Below, one piece after another: positions 17,350 through 28,063 of a stretch of DNA of 64,000 bases. Both the position numbers and the translations under genes were made by a program. Positions within the stretch are counted from its first letter, which is position 1. Every line of letters starts with the position of its first letter. This stretch comes from Candidatus Latescibacterota bacterium (GTDB lineage Bacteria > Krumholzibacteriota > Krumholzibacteriia > WVZY01), in assembly GCA_011772205.1 (NCBI GenBank), contig WVZY01000076.1, positions 5,092 to 69,091 on the forward strand, read 5' to 3'. The notes beneath the pieces are model-generated. The model saw only the letters and a program-made list of their open reading frames with translations. It was not told the origin of the DNA and ran no database searches.

Positions 17350-20088
17350 GTGACAATGTCCGCAAAGGGCAAGAGCTTGTTTTTTCGCAAAAAAATTTTT
17401 CGCGACTGCTTTATTGCCATAGTTCTTTCGGTCGCCGCGATTCCTTTTTCATCATTCGCGCAGAAGGAGCCGCCTCAGGACTTCAGACGGGAACTATCGA
17501 AAGCGAAAGCGGAGAGATTCGCCCTCATGTATCTCGCCGAAGCATCCCAGACCCAAAACCAGACATTGTACGACGTGATCTATTATGACCTCGATCTGGA
17601 CATCGATCCAACGGCGGAAACCGTTTCGGGTTCGGTAACAATGACCGCGGAAGTTGTCTCCGACTCGCTGGCGGAGGCGGAACTCAACCTGCTGAACAAC
17701 ATGACGGTGAGCCAGGTGACATGGGCTGGAGGACCGCTTGGCTATGCTCATTCGAATGACATCCTCACGGTGACACTCCCAATGACCTACTACCTGGGAG
17801 AGACATTCACGATTGTCATTTATTATAGCGGTACCCCGAGCATTTCGTACGGCGCATTTGGATTTGACACGTATGGCGGTGACCCGATGATATGGAGCTT
17901 GAGTGAGCCATATGGATCGAGGAGCTGGTGGCCGTGCAAGGATATCCCCTCGGATAAAGCAGATTCGGTTGATATCCGGATAACCGTTCCGGACACGCTC
18001 ATCGTGGCTTCCAATGGAACTCTGAGGAGCGAAACGGACAACGGCTCGACAAAGACGTACTGGTGGCACGAAGAGTACCCGATAACAACTTACCTGGTAT
18101 CCGTGGCCATCCATCCTTACACCGTTTTCTCTCACTGGTACCATTATTCGCTCACGGACTCGATGGAAGTCCGGTATTACGTCTTTCCCGATCACTACGA
18201 TGCAGTTCAGGAAAACTACGGGAAGACCGTCGGTATGATGGAGCTCTTTTCGGATCTCTTTGGAGAATATCCGTTTATCAACGAAAAATATGGGCATGCG
18301 GAATTCATCTGGGGTGGGGGAATGGAACATCAAACCATTACGAGCTTGGGTTGGTGGGGTGAATATTTGATCGCCCACGAGCTGGCCCACCAGTGGTGGG
18401 GTGACATGGTTACCTGCAACAGCTTCCATCACATCTGGATGAATGAGGGATTCGCCACATACTCCGAAGCATTGTATTCAGAGTTCACCTACAGTATGGC
18501 GCGGTACCATTCGGACATGGCGGCCGCGAAGTACCTCGGAGGAGGTACCATCTACGTGCCCGATCCGAGCGATTGGGCAAGGGTCTTTCATAGCGGACTT
18601 TCATACAACAAAGGTTCCTGGGTGCTGCACATGCTGAGACACGTAGTGGGTGACAGCACATTTTTCCAAATATTGAAAACCTACTACGCCGACGCCCGCT
18701 ATCAGTACGGCACGGCGACAACAGAACAGTTCAGAGATGTGTGCGAGGATGAGTCCGGCATGGATTTGGACTTTTTCTTCCACCAGTGGATCTATGAAGA
18801 ATACTACCCGACGTATAAGTATAACTGGAGCTATTTGGAAAACGGCGGGCAGTACGAGGTCAGCCTCGATATTGAACAGCTCCAATCCAACTACATCTTC
18901 AAAATGCCGATCGACATCACCTTCGAAGCGGCTTTCGGTGAGACGACGCTCGTCGTGTGGGACAGTCTGGCGACTCAGAGCTTCAACCTCGTTATCGGAG
19001 AAGAGCCCCTTGCCATATTCATAGATAAAGACGAGTGGATCTTGAGAGATGTCGTAGAGCCGATCACGAATCCGACATTTGCAAGAGGGATTCTCCTGGT
19101 CAATGGGGTGGATTTCAATACATATGGTTCGTCGATCTGGACGGCCTATGAAGACAGCGCATTTTGGGGAAGTTACGACATCAGTTTCTGGGATTGTTTC
19201 GATGAAACAGGCTTGGGCTATCCATCGAACCTGCCGCCACCACTGGGCCATGGGTCGGTGCCGCCTGATACGATCAAACAGTTTTCAACCGTAATCTGGG
19301 TCGGAAACAACTACCTCGGCGACCTCAGTGAGTGGTACGACACACCGATCATGGCCTATCTCCAGGCTGGAGGTAACGTGCTTCTCATGGGTCGGGACGG
19401 GCAAAGCTTCGTGCTCGAGCCGCTGAGAACGTACCTGGGAATAACTTGGCGGGAGGAATCCGTCAACACGATCAACGATTGCATTTCCGCATATCCCGGG
19501 TTGGTGGACATTGGCCTTATCGGCACTCAGAGTTACTGCGCCGTGTTCGATACGTCGCTGGCTACAATGGAAAGTGCGCTTCTTTTCAGCGAAACAACCA
19601 CTTTCTCCACTCACCGGGGCCTTGGTGTGTGGCGCAAGCCAGCAGATGGCGGCACGCACAGGCTGGACGGCGCTCAATTCGTGTTTATAAGCGGTAGACC
19701 CTACCGGTACGATCACGATGCCCTGCGCTCGAATGTAGAATTCATATTGGGTGACTTCTTTGGCGAGCCGTACGATCCGCTGACAGGTGCGGCGAAAAAG
19801 CTTCCGAAGCTAGCGTTTCATCTCGAGCAGAACTACCCGAATCCTTTCAACCCGGTCACGAATATCTGCTTCACTATTCCCGAGAAAAGCCACGTCAGCT
19901 TGAAAGTGTTCGACGTAACGGGACGACTTATAGATACCATCGTTGCGAAAGAAATGAAGGCTGGCACCCACACGGTTACATGGGATGGTACTGACCGTAG
20001 GGAACAGACGGTGGCATCGGGAGTTTATTTCTACAAAATCGTTGCAGGATCACACATAGACACGAAAAAAATGGTGCTAATTCGCTAG
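17350..20088 (+). CDS. Secreted M1-family aminopeptidase with FlgD-Ig/T9SS-like C-terminal domain
   Basis: GGMEH, HELAHQWWG, NEGFATY, YNKG; C-terminal QNYPNPFNP...SGVYFY. Confidence 0.92.
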   Translation: MTMSAKGKSLFFRKKIFRDCFIAIVLSVAAIPFSSFAQKEPPQDFRRELSKAKAERFALMYLAEASQTQNQTLYDVIYYDLDLDIDPTAETVSGSVTMTAEVVSDSLAEAELNLLNNMTVSQVTWAGGPLGYAHSNDILTVTLPMTYYLGETFTIVIYYSGTPSISYGAFGFDTYGGDPMIWSLSEPYGSRSWWPCKDIPSDKADSVDIRITVPDTLIVASNGTLRSETDNGSTKTYWWHEEYPITTYLVSVAIHPYTVFSHWYHYSLTDSMEVRYYVFPDHYDAVQENYGKTVGMMELFSDLFGEYPFINEKYGHAEFIWGGGMEHQTITSLGWWGEYLIAHELAHQWWGDMVTCNSFHHIWMNEGFATYSEALYSEFTYSMARYHSDMAAAKYLGGGTIYVPDPSDWARVFHSGLSYNKGSWVLHMLRHVVGDSTFFQILKTYYADARYQYGTATTEQFRDVCEDESGMDLDFFFHQWIYEEYYPTYKYNWSYLENGGQYEVSLDIEQLQSNYIFKMPIDITFEAAFGETTLVVWDSLATQSFNLVIGEEPLAIFIDKDEWILRDVVEPITNPTFARGILLVNGVDFNTYGSSIWTAYEDSAFWGSYDISFWDCFDETGLGYPSNLPPPLGHGSVPPDTIKQFSTVIWVGNNYLGDLSEWYDTPIMAYLQAGGNVLLMGRDGQSFVLEPLRTYLGITWREESVNTINDCISAYPGLVDIGLIGTQSYCAVFDTSLATMESALLFSETTTFSTHRGLGVWRKPADGGTHRLDGAQFVFISGRPYRYDHDALRSNVEFILGDFFGEPYDPLTGAAKKLPKLAFHLEQNYPNPFNPVTNICFTIPEKSHVSLKVFDVTGRLIDTIVAKEMKAGTHTVTWDGTDRREQTVASGVYFYKIVAGSHIDTKKMVLIR

Positions 20089-20150
20089 TATCGACTGATT
20101 CCCCATATCGCAGCTCCACCGAGAGACATATTTTGACGCAAGCTATCTGT

Positions 20151-20184
20151 CGTCGCTCCTGCTTTTACGCGGGAGCGATGTTTT
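20151..20184 (+). terminator. Intrinsic terminator between convergent genes
   Basis: TCGCTCCTGC-TTTTAC-GCGGGAGCGA hairpin followed by TGTTTT. Confidence 0.6.
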
Positions 20185-20245
20185 AATTCAGCTTAGAATG
20201 AATGGGGCTAAGGGAAGGTGGCTTCGATTGGCTAATGTTTTGGCT

Positions 20246-21562
20246 TCAGCAGGGCTTTTTAGCGAGACCGTGAGTGGCCCTTGGGATACGCCTGGCAAGG
20301 GGATCGACGACAGGCTGGAGCGCTTCTTTTTCAACGACCAGTACGAGATCGCTGCCGAAATACCGAACGAACGGAATCGAACCGAAGAATCTCTCCTTAC
20401 GCCTGAAAAGATCGCGTCTTCCGCTGATCAGGAACTTTGGAAATAGAAAACCGCTGCTCCGAAGTTCCAGAATTCTGGCGCCCTGACTTCTGATCATGCG
20501 TTGATAGTCCTGTAACGAGAAATCCCAGTGGTAAGTGGTGGCGTTATGCCATGTATTCTCATGGACGGTTTTTTTCTGCAATATGTGGTCCGTGAATAAA
20601 CTGATGAATAGGGTGATGATGTGAAAAAGATTAAGATTCCGGATTCGATGCGCGTTCGGGCTCTGGATCATCATCCATCCGCCGGGTTTCAGAACCCTGA
20701 GGAACTCATGGACCGCTTCATCCGGATTGGTGAAGTGCTCGAGCGTTTCGGCGCAGAATAGAAAATCGACGCCGTCATCTTTCAGTGGCAGGCATCCACC
20801 GTCCGCTTGAATGGCCGTCTGATCAGGATTTTTCTTTTTAAACTCTTCGAGCAGCAGGCGGCTCACATCGATCCCAATGAAAGTCCTGCCCTTGCCAATC
20901 CCGAATTCGTAGCAAGCCCTGCCGTCGTTTGCCCCCACATCGACGACGACCTCCGGAGGTAGCGCTCGCTCACGGTAAACCCTCAGGATATCCAGATAAC
21001 GTTCATCGTCTGGAATATCCGACTCGCCCCCTCTCCAGCTCCCTCCAGTGGCTTCGCGCGAAAGCTGTACCCAGTCGGACATGGTTGGCTGTGTCATCCC
21101 TTCCCGCCGGTAAAGCTCATCCACAGCATAGTGATCAGCGATCGTTCGGAGCCTGAGCGGATTCCTGACAAAGCGATCCAAAGTGATGCTTCTCTTTCTT
21201 CGGAATGCGATCCAGTCCACGAAGAAGCCGAGAAGGAGGAGCATCGCACCCCAATAGAATTTGAAAACGAGAAAGACAACGAGCAGAAAATAGGCAAGAT
21301 AGTAACTCCGAGGTTGTTTGACGAGTCCATTGTCCAAGCTGCTCATGTCATTTATGGTCCGGATGGCATCCGATTTCGTTTTTGTCCGGAGATTTTCCGG
21401 ATTGACGGTGAGCTGGCTGGAAGCGGGAAATAGAATGGGTATTCCACCGATTATCGGATACTCCTTGTTACATCGTACACATCTAAGCGCGTGTTCTTCG
21501 CGATACAGATCCAACTTGCACGATGGACAGGCAATGACATCTGCAACTGTCGGCGTTATCAT
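20246..21562 (-). CDS. Trm112-like Zn domain, TM hairpin and class I SAM methyltransferase
   Basis: IACPSC...CVRC...GIPIL, two hydrophobic helices, VDVGANDG, LEH, LKPGG. Confidence 0.8.
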   Translation of the reverse strand: MITPTVADVIACPSCKLDLYREEHALRCVRCNKEYPIIGGIPILFPASSQLTVNPENLRTKTKSDAIRTINDMSSLDNGLVKQPRSYYLAYFLLVVFLVFKFYWGAMLLLLGFFVDWIAFRRKRSITLDRFVRNPLRLRTIADHYAVDELYRREGMTQPTMSDWVQLSREATGGSWRGGESDIPDDERYLDILRVYRERALPPEVVVDVGANDGRACYEFGIGKGRTFIGIDVSRLLLEEFKKKNPDQTAIQADGGCLPLKDDGVDFLFCAETLEHFTNPDEAVHEFLRVLKPGGWMMIQSPNAHRIRNLNLFHIITLFISLFTDHILQKKTVHENTWHNATTYHWDFSLQDYQRMIRSQGARILELRSSGFLFPKFLISGRRDLFRRKERFFGSIPFVRYFGSDLVLVVEKEALQPVVDPLARRIPRATHGLAKKPC

Positions 21563-21754
21563 TTTCTCAACCGCCCGGTTTTGGCCGGATTCCCACGGTT
21601 GCCAAAGGGGCCTTGGCCAAGTATAATCAGCATGACGTGAAAAAGGCAAGCTCATCAGTCGCTATGGCACATGGCACGATAGTCTCGGCTGAAGGTTGTG
21701 ATATAGAGCAGATTACTCAGATAGTCATTTCTTGCCAACGAGGAGGGTCTACTG

Positions 21755-22705
21755 ATGGGAAAGAAAATAGTCTCTGGACTCGCACTTTGCGCTTTCTTGA
21801 TTCTTACCCCGCTCCTGGCCTTCGCGAAAGCCCCACTCGCCGTAATGCTTTCTTGCCGGGGTGATGTGGTTGTCATCAAGGGCGGTGAGGGATCGATCAA
21901 AGGCTCGTTTGGCCTGGCGCTGGAAGCCGGGGACAAAATCAAAACAGGAGAAGCCTCGCACGCCGAAATTCTATTTGATAACGGCAACTGGATCGAGGTC
22001 GGTCCCAGCAGCAGCATGCAGTTGAAGGACTCCAAGATAAAAGAATCCTCGAGCACCGGCATGGGAGGGAAAAGCTTTCAAACTGTCCAGAATTTTCTCA
22101 AGCTAAAGGATGCGAAAGGGACCAGTTTCTTGGCCGACCTTCGATCGGACCAGAAAAGCCCCCAGCTCAGGCCAACCTCACCGTGCCAGACCAAGATCCG
22201 TGGGGATAAGCCTACGTTTCGTTGGGCGGCATTCGATCCGTCAGCCGCACTCCGTCTCACCCTTTATAACGAGGAAGACATTCATTGGCAGCACGACATT
22301 AAAGGCGTGGCGAGCCTGAGCTATCCGGACGATGCCCCTCCCCTGGTATCAGGCGTAGCATATTCCTGGGCGCTGGAAACCACCGATCCGCGAATATTTC
22401 CTCCGCTGCGCAGCCAGGTGGTCTTTTTCGAAGTTCTCCCTTCTGAAGAAAATGCAAAGGTCGAGACCATATTGGTCGAGATCGAGAAGCATAAGAAACC
22501 CAGCGCTTCGGCTTATCACCTCCTTCGGGCCAGCCTGTTTTTCGGTCATGGCTTGATGGAAGCTGCGATTGATGAGACTCTGAAAGCGCTCGAATACGAT
22601 GCCAGGAATCCCGCTCTGCATTCCATCCTTGCCCGCTTGTATGCGGAAGTCGGCCGCACTGAAGAAGCTCTTGGCGAATACGATCGACTTCTCGAAGAGC
22701 GCTGA
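21755..22705 (+). CDS. Exported FecR-like/DUF928-like/TPR protein
   Basis: Signal peptide, GDKIKTG FecR-like start, PTFRW...LSYP...L..G..YSW DUF928-like core, terminal TPR. Confidence 0.6.
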   Translation: MGKKIVSGLALCAFLILTPLLAFAKAPLAVMLSCRGDVVVIKGGEGSIKGSFGLALEAGDKIKTGEASHAEILFDNGNWIEVGPSSSMQLKDSKIKESSSTGMGGKSFQTVQNFLKLKDAKGTSFLADLRSDQKSPQLRPTSPCQTKIRGDKPTFRWAAFDPSAALRLTLYNEEDIHWQHDIKGVASLSYPDDAPPLVSGVAYSWALETTDPRIFPPLRSQVVFFEVLPSEENAKVETILVEIEKHKKPSASAYHLLRASLFFGHGLMEAAIDETLKALEYDARNPALHSILARLYAEVGRTEEALGEYDRLLEER

Positions 22706-22740
22706 TCCAGGTATTCTCGGCAGCACCCTTGCGGTGAGCT

Positions 22741-24366
22741 ATGGAGGGAAAAACCCTAGCAGGTTATGAAATTCAAGAGGCGCTTGGTGAGGGGGGGATG
22801 GGTGTGGTGTATCGTGCCAGGGATGTCACCCTCGATCGGCCCGCAGCGGTAAAAGTCATTCGCCCAGAAAGCCTGGATGAGATAGGTAGAGCACGGTTCA
22901 TTCGTGAAGCACAAGCCTGCTCCAAGATCAATCACCCGAACATTGTCACTGTTTATGCTGCCGGAGAGGAGGACGGACGTCCGTACCTCGCCATGGAGCT
23001 CCTCGAGGGCAGGACTCTTCGCGAGGTGATCAACGAAGGCCCTGTACCCTGGGCAAAGGCTCTTCAGTGGATGGCGGACATCCTGGATGCACTCAATCGT
23101 CTTCATCAAGCTGGCATCGTGCACCGAGATTTGAAACCGGAGAACATCATGTTCACCACGGACGGAGTGATCAAGTTGATGGATTTCGGGATCGCGTCAT
23201 TGATATCCAGCGCAACCATTACCAGGGAGCACACAACGGTGGGAACGGTGCTGTACATGTCGCCCGAGCGGATATCGGGGGATAAAGGTGATGCGAGAAG
23301 CGATATCTTTGCGCTGGGAGTCATTCTCTACGAGATGCTGGCCCGGAAACATCCATTTCGGGGAGCGCATCCCATGGCAATAATGTACTCCATAACGAAC
23401 GATGTTCCCACTCCGATAGATGAAATCACCAAGGAGCTGCCAAATGGACTGAGAGCCGTTCTCGACCGGGCACTGGAAAAGGATCCAGCCAATCGTTTTC
23501 CCGATGCGGGTTCATTCCGTAGCGTGCTCAGCGACCTCCTGAAAGGCACTGAGTTTTCTACCGCTCAGGTGCTGGCGGTGGGACGAAAAAAGCGGCTGGT
23601 GATGGGCGTCGTCGTACCCGGTGTTTTGTTGATAGCCTTGGTGATCGTCATTCTCTCCGTTGTCTCGAGGGAACGCAGTCCGGTAGGTGATCGGGCTGTC
23701 GCCGTCAATCATAATGAAATGGGACAGAACTACCAGTCGGAGGGGGACATTGACGCGGCCCAAGCTGAGTATCGAAAGGCGATTGCTGCCGATCAGGAGT
23801 ACGCAGTGCCCTGGAACAATCTTGCGGTGATCGCTTTTGATCAAGGAAACCTGGACGAGGCCGACTCGCTTCTCCATATGGCAATCTCTATGGAACCGAA
23901 ATACGCCGCGGCCCTCTTCAACCTCGGTTCGGTATGCAGAGGAAGGAACGACCTCGAAGGGGCGGAGAAATACTATCGCGCGTCGATAGAAGCGGATTCT
24001 TCCCAAGCCGGCGGCTTCAATAATCTCGGCGATCTGCTTTTGGAGCGGGGGCGAGTGGAGGGAGCCGCGAGCGTTCTCGATGCCGGCTTGTTGAGAAACC
24101 CGACTCATCCGTTTCTGCTGAAGAATAGGGGGCGTGTGGCGTTGCAGCAGGGACAGGATGAAAAAGCACTGGATTATTGGAAGCGAGCTCTCGAAGGGCT
24201 TCCCGGGAATACCGAGCTTCACCGTCTTCTGGCGGAGTGGTATGAACGAAAAGGAATGAGCGAGGAAGCGAAGTTGCACTGGCAAGAAGTTGCCAAGTCT
24301 GACGATGAGGAAGAGAGAGAAAGAGCTCAGCGGGCACTCAAGCGTCCGGTCCGAAGCAGACAATGA
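22741..24366 (+). CDS. Membrane Hanks-type Ser/Thr kinase with extracytoplasmic TPRs
   Basis: LGEGGMGVVY, AVK, HRDLKPEN, DFG, YMSPE; TM helix; TPR repeats. Confidence 0.93.
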   Translation: MEGKTLAGYEIQEALGEGGMGVVYRARDVTLDRPAAVKVIRPESLDEIGRARFIREAQACSKINHPNIVTVYAAGEEDGRPYLAMELLEGRTLREVINEGPVPWAKALQWMADILDALNRLHQAGIVHRDLKPENIMFTTDGVIKLMDFGIASLISSATITREHTTVGTVLYMSPERISGDKGDARSDIFALGVILYEMLARKHPFRGAHPMAIMYSITNDVPTPIDEITKELPNGLRAVLDRALEKDPANRFPDAGSFRSVLSDLLKGTEFSTAQVLAVGRKKRLVMGVVVPGVLLIALVIVILSVVSRERSPVGDRAVAVNHNEMGQNYQSEGDIDAAQAEYRKAIAADQEYAVPWNNLAVIAFDQGNLDEADSLLHMAISMEPKYAAALFNLGSVCRGRNDLEGAEKYYRASIEADSSQAGGFNNLGDLLLERGRVEGAASVLDAGLLRNPTHPFLLKNRGRVALQQGQDEKALDYWKRALEGLPGNTELHRLLAEWYERKGMSEEAKLHWQEVAKSDDEEERERAQRALKRPVRSRQ

Positions 24367-24545
24367 GCAGGTTATGAGGGAGATATCCATCAGGATGCCG
24401 GCAAGCTACAATGAATCGAGAGGGGGATTCGGCCTATCTATCGCTTCGCGAATGCGGCCTCGTCCCCCTCTCGACTGATCTTCTTGAGATGGAACAAGCG
24501 AGGGGCATTCCGCGCTTGGGATGATTCCCCTTCTTCTTGTCGGTC

Positions 24546-27500
24546 TCACCATGGAGACCGATCCGTTCCAATCACGATGAATGGAGACCAGTAAAATGGA
24601 TGGGAATAATTCGGATTTTTTATCAAGGCCATGCGTGCCGTGTTTAGTGCGCTGCACGCCGGCTCCTTTTTTTTCACCATCGTTTCGTAAAATGTTTTCA
24701 TGAGTTCCGAAGTTGATTCATCGGAAACAGCCCAGAGACTGGCAACGATACCGCGCGCGCCGGCAGCTATGAATGCGCGGCTCAAGCCCACCACGCCTTC
24801 ACCCCGACCCACCTTGCCCCGGGCCGATTCGCATGCGGACAGCACGACCAAATCCACGTCGAGGGGCAGGGATAAGATTTCAAGTGTGTGAAGATATCCG
24901 TCCTCTCCAGACACGGAGTCTGGACAGAGGGCTATGCTGGACGACGCCGGATCCAACGGGTCGACCAGTCCGTGCGTTGCGAAGTGAAGCAGCCTGGGAT
25001 GACCCTCGCGCAACTTATCTTTTAATGTTGCTTCTGTCGCTTCACTCCCCAGGAATATAGCTTTGCGTTTTTCTGCGACGTGCAAGCCGATGTTCTGCAC
25101 TTCCGAGCGTGTGTGCGGAAGCGGTCGAAGCGCCGCTTTATTGCCACTCGATTTCTCCGCGAGCAGCGAGAAATCAGGATCGCCCATGGCGAGCAGATCC
25201 AGGTCGTAATCCTCGGACCGCTTCATGTTACGGAGCTTGAGATAGATCGAGGCGGAAGGAGCGTAAACGGGAGCTAATGAAAGGGCGAGGAAAGGTTGTT
25301 CTTCCCACCCGGCGTTTTCGTTTGGTTCTTTTGTTAGTAGAACCTCGAAGGGAACTTCGAAAAGCAATCCATCCGGTACGATGATCACATCTTTGGCCTT
25401 GGATAGCCGCTTTTCAGCGGGTAGAAGGAGAGTCTCGTAGAGGCTGCGTGCCGCTTTGCGAAGCACTGGATCTCCTGCGCCGGGCTTGCTGATCGCATCC
25501 CGTAGCCGTTGCACCGAAAAACGCAACTTTTTTCGATCCGGCAATCGATGAAGTTCAACGTCATCTCGATCGATGACCCATAAGAGCGACGTCGTATCGC
25601 CCAAAGCATACTCGAGGAGCACTGTCCGTTTCGGCAGTGCTTTTTGAATTTGGTGCAAGTCCGCGACGGCATTCAACGCTCCGGACGACCCGATGATCTT
25701 TTCGACCCGCTTGTCCCTCAGCTCGAGGTAGCGCTCCTCGATGTGCCTTTGTGTTTCTTTGTTTTCGGGATCATCTGCCTTGAGCTGGTAAAGCGAATCG
25801 AGCACAGCTTCCTCCGCAGGGTGGCTCTCCATTAAAACGGAGGATTCGAGAAGATCGAGCAGGCCCCGGGCTTTTGCTCTCTCGATCGTTCGAAAAGCGC
25901 GCGCGGTCCATCCACCGCTCTTATCGGTATCATCCAGCGTCGCGTAGTAGCGCGCCACCTCTTCATAGTAATAACGCTTTTCTCCGGAGAGGAATCCCGT
26001 TCGAATTTCCGCCCCGCCGAGACCGGCACGTGATTGCTCGACGCGCTCGAGCGCTTTTTCATAATAGAATGCGGCGCTATCCGGATCTTCCTTTTCGTAC
26101 GTATGAGCGATTCCCAGATAGAGGGCCCATTCCAATTCATTTTGACCCGATTCCAGCACGCGAGAGCGGAGCCTCTCAAAGTCTCTACGCGCCTCACCCA
26201 TTCTCCCCATTGCAGCAAGAGTGCTTGCGATGCTCATTTCGCCCCAAAGGACCTGTCCTTCGGCTCCGGCCGGCCGGTATATTTCAAGGGAACGCTTTCG
26301 GTGTGCCAAGGCCTCTTGATATCGCCCACGTGCACGCTCTATCGCATAGGCAAGCACCATAGCGGCGGCGATGTTCCTCGAGTCCTGGGATTGCCTTGCT
26401 AATGTTTCCGCTTCCCCTGCAATGGAAAGCCCGTTCTCGTAGGTACCCATCGCGAGGTAGAGATAGCCGAGGTCAATAAGACCTCTGGTCTTGAAAGATG
26501 GGTCGTTGATGTTCTCCGATAATTCTGCGAATGCAAGTAAATCTTCCCGAGCCTTGTCCAGCTCGCCTATCTCGAGATACGCAGTGCCCCGAACACGGTA
26601 GGCTAGGGCCGTCTTTTCGGGCACAGGCCGTCGCTCGAGCAAGTCGAAGGCAATGTCCAGATGATCCAGAGCCTCACCGTAACGGTTTCGTTTGAGGAGA
26701 TTGTCTGCGAGGTTGATCCGACAGGAAGCCTCGTCCTGGGGCTGATCGACGGTACCAGCAATTTCGATCGCCCTTTGATAAGCCTCATTCGCCCGTTGTA
26801 TTCGCCCCATGCCGGTGTAGAGATTCGCAATGCTGTTGAGGATTTGGATCATTAGTGCTGGATTTTCGACTTTCTCGAGGATTGGCAGAGCCTCTTCGAA
26901 CTTGTCCCGCGCTCTTACCAGGTTGTTCATCATGTAGTAAGTATTTCCGAGGTAGGTCAGCGAGATCCCCAGACCCCCCAAGTCGCCCGTCCGGCGTCTA
27001 AGCTCGATGGCCTGGCTGTAAAAGCTGATGGCGATGATGTAGTTGCCCAGCCGGAGATTGGCAGAGCCGAGACCGTTTAGAGTTTTTCCTTCGAGGATGC
27101 GGTCCTCGATTCCCCTTCGCGCATCCAAAGCCTTCTGGTAGCTCTCGAACACGGCACTCATATCGCCTCGATACCAGTGGACCACACCCAGGCTGCCCCA
27201 AATGACGGCTTGTGAGCGAAGGTCGGTGATGTCTCTGTACATGGACATGGCTTGGTGGAGAAGTTCGACGGCACGGTCGAGCTCGCCGGAATTGCGGGCG
27301 GTGGTTGCCTCTTCTTCGACGGCTTTGGCGTTCTTGCGGAGGGCGCGTTGTTGAGGCGTCCATTTTCGGTGGGTCTCGACCAGTTCGAGCAGGATACCCG
27401 ATCCTGTGTTCTTTTTATATGAGCGAGCCAGCCGCTCGGCAAAGTCGACGTTTTCTTTTTCAGCCGCTTGGTCCCCGCCTTCACCGAGCTGAAAAGCGGT

Positions 27501-27743
27501 ATCCAGGAGCTGGCCGACGGCAGCTCCGACGAGGATGGACCGCTCGGATAGAAAAGCGGTTAGTTGCTCGGTGTCCGCTCGTGCGAGCGAGTCGGCTTTG
27601 ATGATGAATGTGTGAACAGGATCGACGGGTGCAGAAACGCTCCTTGAGGAAGAGAACGCTAACAGCGAGACGAAGATGAACGGATAGGCCCTTAGCTTCC
27701 AGCGTTTGGATGGAATCCGCCTGGAGGGCAGCATGGTGACCAC
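24546..27743 (-). CDS. TPR-CHAT (caspase-like) protease with signal peptide
   Basis: TPR array, HFATHG and VVLSACES dyad, HPFYWSPF; N-terminal signal peptide. Confidence 0.92.
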   Translation of the reverse strand: MVTMLPSRRIPSKRWKLRAYPFIFVSLLAFSSSRSVSAPVDPVHTFIIKADSLARADTEQLTAFLSERSILVGAAVGQLLDTAFQLGEGGDQAAEKENVDFAERLARSYKKNTGSGILLELVETHRKWTPQQRALRKNAKAVEEEATTARNSGELDRAVELLHQAMSMYRDITDLRSQAVIWGSLGVVHWYRGDMSAVFESYQKALDARRGIEDRILEGKTLNGLGSANLRLGNYIIAISFYSQAIELRRRTGDLGGLGISLTYLGNTYYMMNNLVRARDKFEEALPILEKVENPALMIQILNSIANLYTGMGRIQRANEAYQRAIEIAGTVDQPQDEASCRINLADNLLKRNRYGEALDHLDIAFDLLERRPVPEKTALAYRVRGTAYLEIGELDKAREDLLAFAELSENINDPSFKTRGLIDLGYLYLAMGTYENGLSIAGEAETLARQSQDSRNIAAAMVLAYAIERARGRYQEALAHRKRSLEIYRPAGAEGQVLWGEMSIASTLAAMGRMGEARRDFERLRSRVLESGQNELEWALYLGIAHTYEKEDPDSAAFYYEKALERVEQSRAGLGGAEIRTGFLSGEKRYYYEEVARYYATLDDTDKSGGWTARAFRTIERAKARGLLDLLESSVLMESHPAEEAVLDSLYQLKADDPENKETQRHIEERYLELRDKRVEKIIGSSGALNAVADLHQIQKALPKRTVLLEYALGDTTSLLWVIDRDDVELHRLPDRKKLRFSVQRLRDAISKPGAGDPVLRKAARSLYETLLLPAEKRLSKAKDVIIVPDGLLFEVPFEVLLTKEPNENAGWEEQPFLALSLAPVYAPSASIYLKLRNMKRSEDYDLDLLAMGDPDFSLLAEKSSGNKAALRPLPHTRSEVQNIGLHVAEKRKAIFLGSEATEATLKDKLREGHPRLLHFATHGLVDPLDPASSSIALCPDSVSGEDGYLHTLEILSLPLDVDLVVLSACESARGKVGRGEGVVGLSRAFIAAGARGIVASLWAVSDESTSELMKTFYETMVKKKEPACSALNTARMALIKNPNYSHPFYWSPFIVIGTDRSPW

Positions 27744-28063
27744 AGGCTCCTCCGATGTCTGCCGTTATCAATGGTAGATCTTCCCAGACCCGAAATGTCT
27801 CAGGTGAGGTTGGAGAAGCCGTATTCACTTTGCAATAAATGAAGCAGGGGAGAACTCACACCCTCGTTGGGCACGATCGTCTCCCCTTTGATCTTGCGGC
27901 CCTCAGCGCCTCTTCCTGTCGGATTCCAAGTATTGTACTCTAAAATAAGAGCTTTCGTAAACAAAATTGTTCGGTTTCTGGCATAAGAATGGGATAAAAA
28001 GGTCGAATTGCAGCGGGATTTCGATACCCCGGACGGAGAGAGCCGGGCGTCTTTGCAAGCGAA

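Noticed and set aside
24546..27743. CRISPR-associated Csx29/Craspase-type TPR-CHAT
   Set aside because: No Cas7-11 or array nearby, and the protein has a signal peptide.
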